A stretch of DNA of 64,000 nt from Macrostomum lignano (taxonomy: Eukaryota), in contig NIVC01003287.1 in NCBI GenBank assembly GCA_002269645.1, positions 42,487-106,486 of the forward strand, in the 5' to 3' direction. Both the position numbers and the translations under genes were made by a program. A model generated the notes under the pieces. It was not told where the DNA came from, did not search any database, and saw only the letters and a list, made by a program, of their open reading frames with translations. This document shows, piece by piece, positions 55,601 to 64,000 of the stretch. Each line of letters begins with the position of its first letter. Within the stretch, counting starts at the first letter, position 1.

Positions 55601-56267
55601 TTTCTTTCCCTAAACCGCGAGGAAAGGATCGAGGCAAGACAAGGGGTGGCACGAAACGGAACCTCTGGGCCAAACAAAGCCTGCAGATGGATTTATTTCT
55701 TGCGAAAGATTCAATAGTCGAATGAAAGTGAGAAAAAAATCTGAGCAAACTGTGGTAGTGGCTGCTAGCTAGAGCTAGCGTTGTTGCACTTTACCCAATC
55801 ATATCCTTGTTATGTCTATGGTTCTTAAGCTTTCGTTCTCAGCCTCCCACTTATTTTATAATTTTCTATGCTTGAATAAACTCTGCCGACAGCTTCGTTC
55901 AAACTACGACACAAACAAGAACCCATAGGCGTACAAGCGGAGACCAGACTAAATACGAGCTAGCACCCGCGCACGCGCACCCCGAGCCCCCGCAGCACAC
56001 GCTACCCCGCACGCACCCGCCCCAGCCAAGCGAGCCACCTCACCCCGCAGTTTAAACGCCCTTACCACCAACCCAGTGGCAAGGGTAACATAACTGTCTG
56101 TGCTACAGGGTCACCTGAAATGCCCTAGAATTGTTTTGAGGGCTAAGAGCTCTAGCAAAATAATTTCGAGTAGTGAGCTACTGTGGTGCCATCTCAATAG
56201 AATGAGTTTCTCATTCTAAGAAAACTATTTTTAAGCTACCAAAACTGTTGAGCTCGTACGCTCTACA

Positions 56268-56350
56268 CCAGGGGTCGGCAGACTCCGACCCGCAAAGCCT
56301 CTCAATCCGGCCCTCGGGTCCTTCACAATAGCAATCCGGCCCGGCCCGTT
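56268..56350 (+). mobile_element. hAT/MITE-like end fragment starting CAGGGGTCGGCA
   Basis: Terminus resembles hAT-family TIRs; second copy in opposite orientation at 49985-50078. Confidence 0.5.
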
Positions 56351-56557
56351 CACGGCTTGTGTCTCATCTCAGCTGTCATCTTTTTCCTCATAGCTGCAGC
56401 CATCAGCTCATTTTTGTCTATTCATTTCTATTTTCAATTCTGCCATATTTTCACGTGTTGTATATTACCAATATAATCAAAAAAAAATTTGGCATCTAAA
56501 AAATTCTAGTCGAAAGTTTTTCGCAGAGTGGCAAACAGCAAGGAAGAGAGAAAGACA

Positions 56558-56881
<324 letters not shown>

Positions 56882-57194
56882 ATTTGTACTGAAATTCGGC
56901 AGCTATTAAAAATCATAAACCTTAAGTTTGGAACTAGCAATCTAGTGCGGCCCCCCTTCGGGGCGCCCAATAAGCAAGGAGCAAAAATAGTTCATGTAAA
57001 ACAATTAAAAAAGCACATTTTCTTAAGAACTAATTCCTTCTTCTCTTTTAAAAATCACCTTATTCATGTAAAATTGTCACGGACAAAGATGCTTGCTATG
57101 AATAACTTTTTTTCTAAAATTAAGAAACAGACAACAAAATATAACTTTCACAAAGATAACAGACATTCCCCCTAAATAGAAAATATTCCCAAGA

Positions 57195-57700
57195 CAGCAA
57201 GCATCCCCCCAGATAGCAAGCACCCCCCTCCAAAAGTAAGCAACAGCAGATAGCAAGCATCCCCTAATACTCGTAGCAAGCATCCACCCAGATAGCAAGC
57301 ATCCCCCAGATAGAAGCATCCTGCAGATAGCAAGCATCCTGCAGATAGCAAGAATTCCTAAATAGCAAGCATCCCTAAATAGAAAGACTCCCATACATGT
57401 AGCCAATACCCCCCCCTCTCCCAAATAGCAAGTACCCCCCCCCCCCTCGAGAGCAAGCATCCCCAGATAGCAAGCATCCCCCAGATAGCAAGCATCCCCC
57501 AGATAGCAAGCATCCCCCAGATAGCAAGCATCCCCCAGATAGCAAGCATCCCCCAGATAGCAAGCATCCCCCAGATAGCAAGCATCCCCCAGATAGCAAG
57601 CATCCCCAGATAGCAAGCATCCCCCAGATAGCAAGCATCCCCAGATAGCAAGCATCCCCCAGATAGCAAGCATCCCCCAGATAGCAAGCATCCACCAGAC
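57195..57700. repeat. 17-18-bp minisatellite AGATAGCAAGCATCCCC(C)
   Basis: Tandem units, homogeneous from about 57450. Confidence 0.93.
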
Positions 57701-57714
57701 AGCAAGTAGCTAGT

Positions 57715-58520
57715 GCAAATGTTACCTCCGCTAATGCAATAATCGCTTTCTCAGGTTGTGCAGCAATCCACGTCTCAGCTAGCGCAATAATCTCTTTTTT
57801 AGACAGCGCAATAATCAGCTTCTCAGCTAGTGAAATAATCATTTTCTCATCTAGTGCAATAATCCTTTACTCATCAAGTACAAAAATCGATGTCTCAGCT
57901 AGTGCAACAGCCTTTTCTAACCTAGTGCAATAATCCTTGGTTTATCAAGTGCAATATTCCTTGGTTTATCTAGTGCAATATTCCTCATTATCAAGTGCAA
58001 TAATCCTTGGTTTATCAAGTGCAATATTCCTTGGTTTATCTAGTGCAATATTCCTTGGTTTATCTAGTGCAATATTCCTCATTATCAAGTGCAATAATCC
58101 TTGGTTTATCAAGTGCAATATTCCTTGGTTTATCTAGTGCAATATTCCTTATTATCAAAGTGCAATAATCCATGGCTTATCAAGTGCAGTAATCCTTGGC
58201 TTATCAAGTGCAATAATCCTTGGTTTGTCAAGCGCAGTAATCCTTGATTTATCAAGCGCAGTAATCCTTGGTTTATCAAGTGCAGTAATCCTTGGTTTAT
58301 CAAGTGCCATAATCATTGGCTTATCAAGTGCAATAATCCTTGGCTTATCAAGTGCAATAATCCTTGGCTTATCAAGTGCAATAATTCTTGGTTTATCAAG
58401 CGCAGTAATCTTTGGTTTATCATGTGCAGTAATCCTTGGTTTATCAAGCGACATAATCATTGGATTATCAAGTGCAATAATCCTTGGTTTATCAAGCGCA
58501 GTAATCTTTGATTTATCAAG
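57715..58520. repeat. 24-bp minisatellite TTATCAAGTGCAATAATCCTTGGT, degenerate at the left
   Basis: Tandem units; 8-aa periodicity in pseudo-ORFs. Confidence 0.93.
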
Positions 58521-59178
58521 CGCCATAGTCCAGGTCTTTTTAATTAGTCCTTTAATAAAAGCTTTCAATAAAAAAAGTCATGCTACTTTTATTTTTTTAT
58601 ACACTACTAAGATTCGAACCCAGGTCGCGCTGCATTAGCAGTCCAGTGTGTTCACATCTAGGCTAGCTCTCATTGAATTTATAAATGAATTTGTAGCACT
58701 TATAATTCAACACTCAAACCAAGTCAGTTGAGTAAAAGTCACACGAAGCAGTTATGGCATAATCAATTTCTTAGGCAACTCTATTAAAGTTAGCATTGTG
58801 GTTACGCAATATAAATAAAGTATGGTGCTATGCTTCCACACTGCGTTTTCAATACTATTGTGATTCAATCTATTTCAGAATCAGAATTCAAAACCAGTCA
58901 ATTTTTTCTCTAGCACTCTTACAATGCATTTCAAGTCGAAAGAGCTGCTTGACTTTTGCAAAAATGCATGTTTTCGAATATTTAATATTAGGCATGTTGG
59001 CTACTTATAGTAATACAGATTGCGTGCTATATGACATTTTTTCCTGTATTTATGACTAATGTCTAAGACTGTATCCAAACTAAGAATTATTTGCTACGAG
59101 CGTATGTTAGTAAAGCTTGCCTATTTGCAGTGAACGGGTTTGCTATTTTAATAAATTATAGTTTGCATGGTTAGCGAG

Positions 59179-59320
<142 letters not shown>

Positions 59321-59863
59321 GGAGGGCGCCTCCAATCTCAGGCACGGACGCGGTACATGTAAAAAGGACAAACAAGTCAAGTTGATTTAAGTTGCCGATA
59401 CGCTCGTATTTCGAATTAGGTAAATTCTTCGTCAGGGCAAGTGAAAAGGAACAATCTTTCACAAGTGAAAGTGAAAAATTTTAATAAATTATAGTTTGCA
59501 TGGTTAGCGAGCGGAGAGAGAGAGAGAGAGAGAGAGATAAAAAACGGAAACACGCGCTGTTTCAAGCGACACGATGAGGCTCGTACGAGCTCTATAGTCT
59601 ATATTTGAGAAAACTCCGCACACCGAAAGCTTTAAAGAAACTTTCTGAGCACTGAAACACCATGCAGTTGACACAATATGAAGCGACAACTTACAGACAA
59701 CTCACAGGCATTAGCTAGCAGTGATGACAATTAGTTAGTTGGTAATGTAAAAATAAATAAACTTCTGCATTATCTCGTTAAAAGGGGTTCGATTCAAGCC
59801 TGCATTTTCGGCATCCTAATACTCAATCCATGTGAGTTAGGCTTTCTGGGCCAGGTGTAATCT

Positions 59864-62800
59864 ATAACAACAGCAACAGAGTACGCTGCCAGTTCACAAA
59901 AGCAGCGTCAGATGGCGCGCTTCAAAGCTTGGGCGCGAACAAAAGCCGCACCGCCGGCAGAGTCCGGGGCGCCGGCGTCAGCCAGCAGACAGTCGACGTA
60001 GCGCCGAGACTTCGCCTGTCCCCGCCGGTAGGGTGCCTGCAACGTAAGTAGCAGCACCTCCTGCACCGGCTCCGGACAGTAGGCCTCGGCGCGGATGACG
60101 TGGCCTGCCAGCTGGAGTCGCCGACGGCGCAGCAGATCGCTAGGACGGGCCAGGCCGGCGCGATGATAGAGCGCCGTGTTGGTGACTCGCTCGTTGCCGA
60201 TCTTGAAGGCGGCGCGCAGCAGGCCAGCGTGCGCCGCGTCGACTTGAGCCTCGAGCGAGTCTGTCAGCGTCCAGGTCTCGGCGTTCTATAACAGGACGGT
60301 CTCGATCACCGCCTGGAACAGCGCCGCCCTCTGGCGGTCCGGTAGGGCCTCGGACTGCAGGACTGACCTTATAGAACGAAAGGCAGCCCAAGCAAGTCCT
60401 CGGCGACGCCGCAGATCCTCGCGGACGTCGGGAACCAGACCGCCGAGGTAGACGAACTGCTGACATCTTGGAAGCTCACTCGCCTGTCCGTCAGCGCCTC
60501 GGCAGAAGATTGCAGCCTCGGTGTCGTCCGGCACGCATAGCACGACGGTCTTCTGCGTGTTGACCACCAGGCCGACGCTCGCCGCAACGGCAACCAGCCT
60601 ATCCAGCTGTCGTTGGGCGCCCTCGACGGTCGAGGACAGCAGGGCGAGGTCATCGGCGTAGCCAAGCACGCTGAGCCGTCTCTCCGGTTGGCGTCGACCC
60701 ACGCGTCGCCGCAGCAGGAAGCCGTCGTCGTTGGAAGGCAGAGCAGTCCGTAGCACCCAGTCAAGCACCAGAATAAATAGGAACGGCGCTAGCGTATCTC
60801 CCTGGAGCACCCCGGAGGATGTCTCGAAGAAATCCGATAGGCCGTCCGGTGTTGAGACAGCAGCCGTCGTGCCGTGGTACAGCGCCATGACAGCAGAAAT
60901 CAGCAGCTCTGGCACGTTGTACGCACGGAGCACCTCTGGGAGCGCGTCCCTCACGACCGAGTCGAAAGCCTTCCTGAAATCGACGAAGATCAGGATCAGG
61001 GTCAACTGGCGGATGCGCGCCTCCTCGATGACTCGTCGAAGAGCCAGGATCTGCGTCACTGTGCCGCGATGGGGCCGGAATCCGTTCTGCTCAGGTCGCA
61101 GGTACGGGTCCAGCACAGGCTGTAACCGCGATAGCAGCATGCGGTTGAACAGCTTCGCGGCGCAGGACTGTAGGCAGATGCCTCGATGCTCCTCGAGCTT
61201 GGTGGTGCCGGCTTCTTTGGAATGGCGACGATGTGCGCCGTGGTCCATTCGTTTGGCGCCACCTCACCGAAAAGCACGCGGTTCATCACTCTGGCGACCT
61301 CAGTGGCCACGCAGTGGATCCGCAGCGCCTCGGTGGGCACCTCGTCCGGACCAAGCGCTTTGCCGCCCGGCGACTGCCGAGCGAACTTCACAACGTCGGC
61401 TGTGCTGACTGGGGCAACATTGAAGCTCTCCTCCGCGGCAACGGCGTCTCGGCGGCAGCCTCAGATTTTCTGGAAGCGGAGGGGCGGCGCGTTGACAATG
61501 GCGGCGAAGAACTCGCGCAGCTCGTTCCTGCGCTCATCCGGAGTGTCGCCTGCCAGGTTGAGCGCGATGCGCCGCTTTCGCCCCGTCAGAGTGTTGATGG
61601 CGGACCAGGCCAAGCGCCTCTGGCATCGGGCCCTGCGGCAGAGACGGCTTGGATGGCGTCATCGACAGCGGACTGCTGCCGCTGCAGGTAGACAGCCGCC
61701 AGAGCCTCCTCCGCCTCGCGAGTTGGCCGCCCACTCAGTCGGAGCCTCTCCAGATCTTCCCTCGCTTCGTCGATCGCGGGGTCGTCCTGCCAGACCGGCT
61801 GCCCGCGCTGGGCCGGTCGCATCAGCGGGACTGCTTGCTCCGCAGCGGCTCGAACTGCAGCGCTCACCTCCGCGTACTCGGCTCCTCCACGCTTGTCGCC
61901 CAGCGCAGTGACAAAGGCACCGGCAAAGCGACGTCGCGTCTCGGCGTCCCTGAGCGCGCGGTAGTAGCGCCGCGGTGGCCGCTTTGGCGGACGGTAGAGC
62001 GGGTCCCGAAGCCGAAGGTCGCAGATGAGCAGCCGATGGTCGGACCGCAGAGCCAGCGGCGTAATGGTGTGGCAGTTGGTGACGCGGCGGCGCTCACGAA
62101 AGCGCACAAGCACGTGGTCGAGCTGTGCCAGCCTCCGCGTAGCGTTCCGGCCGCGCGCGTTCCGCCGCCTCCGCTTGCAGCCCACGAAGGTCGCGAGCCT
62201 GCCCGGTGACTTGCGGAATCTGGTGTTGGCCGACACCATGTCCTGTCTCTCCAGGAAGTCCTCTAGCGCTCCGGTGTTGCCGTTCTCGCGCGCTGTCACA
62301 AACAGCGATCGCTCGGACCTACGCAGAACTGCGTTCAGGTCTCCGAGAATGACCACTGTGTCACGTTGCGCCATCTCCTCCACCCGCACCGAGAGTTGCT
62401 CGAAGAAGGCCTGAGCCTCATCGGAGCGGGTAGCAGGCGGCGCATACGCGCAGAACAGGCGGGTGTTCCGGCCGCGAAGCCGGACGTCGACCCGAAGCAG
62501 CCGAGAAGACAGGGAGATGCAGCGACAGCTCTGCTGCAGCCTCGGTCCGATCAGCGCTCCAACTCCTCCACGGCCTCGCTCATCCGCTGAGGTGTACCAG
62601 AGTGTCCAACCGGCGCCCAGGTCCTCACAGTGAAGTCCGGGGTCGGCTCTGATAGACACCTCCTGTAGTGCGATGACATCACAGCTGAGGTCGAGCGCTA
62701 GCCTCGCCAGCAGCCCTCTCCGCCATGTGGCCTTGAGAGTGCGGCAGTTCAGCGTCCCGACCCGAAGCGTGCCTTCTGGTACGGCTGGGGCTCGATGCTG

Positions 62801-63030
62801 GTGAGCCTCATGGTCCCCGGCGCCACCCGGAAGATCCAATTGGGCCAGCGCAGCAGCAGCTCGGCGGGCGGCGCCACGTTGCCGACCTCGCCAGTTTCGC
62901 TCGCGACGGCGTTCAACTCGCCGACGCGCGCTCCGCTGCCCTCGCTTGGTCCTGCCGCATTTGGCCGCCGCAGCAGTTAAGCGCGGCTCTCCACTCTCAC
63001 CACGAGGAGGTAGCGGCATTTATCTGCACC
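59864..63030 (-). mobile_element. RTE-like non-LTR retrotransposon, near full length, single APE-RT ORF (59908-63019) disrupted by frameshifts and stops
   Basis: APE motifs (GTLNCRTL, LQEV, LGDLN, QLDHVLV, SDHR); RT motifs (EQNGFR, FVDFRKAFDS, GVLQGDTLAPFLF, YADD, FVYLG); breaks near 61600, 61400-61470, 61215 and a TAG at 60286; GTT-rich tail at 59864-59880. Confidence 0.93.
62953..63018 (-). ncRNA. HDV-like ribozyme core at the 5' end of the RTE-like element (5' strand of P1 missing)
   Basis: P2 TGCCGC/GCGGCA, P3 ACC/GGT, L3 TCCTCGT, P1 3' strand GAGAGT, GG for P1.1, P4 GCCGC/GCGGC, J4/2 CAAAT. Confidence 0.65.
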
Positions 63031-63082
63031 GTGGTGCAAAATAAATTAAGACTGCAAAATCAATTAAGACCTTATGATTGAT

Positions 63083-63314
63083 CTTAATTTATTTTGCAGT
63101 CTTAATTTATTTTGCAGTCTTAATTTATTTTGCAGTCTTAATTTATTTTGCAGTCTTAATTTATTTTGCAGTCTTAATTTATTTTGCAGTCTTAATTTAT
63201 TTTGCAGTCTTAATTTATTTTGCAGTCTTAATTTATTTTGCAGTCTTAATTTATTTTGCAGTCTTAATTTATTTTGCAGTCTTAATTTATTTTGCAGTCT
63301 TAATTTATTTTGTA
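63083..63314. repeat. 18-bp minisatellite AATTTATTTTGCAGTCTT, about 13 units, with two inverted units at 63035-63070
   Basis: Direct sequence. Confidence 0.95.
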
Positions 63315-63365
63315 ATCTATATAACTGACAGATTTGTTCAGGGGCGTTGCCAAGTTTCTTTATTG

Positions 63366-63655
63366 CTTTAGCACCAATGGGCTTTAGCACCAAGGGGCTT
63401 TAGCACCAAGGGGCTTTAGCACCAAGGGGCTTTAGCACCAAGGGGCTTTAGCACCAAGGGGCTTTAGCACCAAGGGGCTTTAGCACCAAGGGGCTTTAGC
63501 ACCAAGGGGCTTTAGCACCAAGGGGCTTTAGCACCAAGGGCTTTAGCACCAAGGGGCTTTAGCACCAAGGGGCTTTAGCACCAAGGGGCTTTAGCACCAA
63601 GGGGCTTTTTAGCACCAAGGGGCTTTAGCACCAAGGGGCTTTATAGCACCAAGGG
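63366..63655. repeat. 16-bp minisatellite GCTTTAGCACCAAGGG, about 18 units
   Basis: Direct sequence. Confidence 0.95.
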
Positions 63656-64000
63656 GCGCCAAGTGCGAAGTTTCACATTGTCAAAGATCTAGTGTCTTAC
63701 TTGTCCAGTATCTCACAACTCAAACGACTTCGACGATTTTGACGAGATGTGAAGCTTATGAAAGTGATCGATATGTTTGTTTCGACGATATTTTTAACGG
63801 TAACAATAAAGATATTATTGTTATAATCTTTTGTTAACTAAAGTACATCTACTTTTTTAATTTTTGCAGTTACAGTACATGTAGATCTTCGAAATTTATT
63901 ATTTCTATGTGGTAATTCTTACTATTCTACATGTTAACTACACTCAATCTGCGAGCGTACATGTAGACTGTTATAGATTCAGATATTAGCTATAGACTGC

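Noticed and set aside
57077-58638. Periodic ORFs GDACYL, MLAIWG, LDKPRII
   Set aside because: Translations of the 17-18-bp and 24-bp arrays.

Overview
Eukaryotic (metazoan) genomic window, not prokaryotic: spliced genes with GT-AG introns, heavy tandem-repeat content and several retroelements. The GC-rich exons and minisatellite-filled introns resemble the flatworm Macrostomum, but the organism is my inference only. All cellular genes lie on the minus strand: an intronless zinc-finger/coiled-coil/NHL protein (1647-3320); an 11-exon tuberin TSC2 (4443-22206) in which each of the 10 introns holds its own tandem-repeat array; a 4-exon mitochondrial EF-Ts (24373-26391); an intronless Ly6/quiver-like protein (27933-28418); a 3-exon atypical peroxiredoxin (43563-47288); and two duplicated 72-aa secreted peptide precursors (48946-49164, 54319-54537) plus a truncated third relative. 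Mobile DNA: (1) a 12.9-kb LTR element (29552-42469) with ~2-kb LTRs, TGTT TSD, tRNA-Leu PBS, gag and protease but no RT/RNase H/integrase, carrying an orphan 372-aa ORF and inserted into a decayed RTE-like LINE; (2) a Penelope-like fragment with a degenerate hammerhead; (3) an RTE 5' fragment; (4) a near full-length disrupted RTE-like LINE whose 5' end carries an HDV-like ribozyme core. Exon boundaries were traced by hand from reading frame and splice dinucleotides; repeat boundaries are approximate; homology calls come from recalled family motifs, not database searches.
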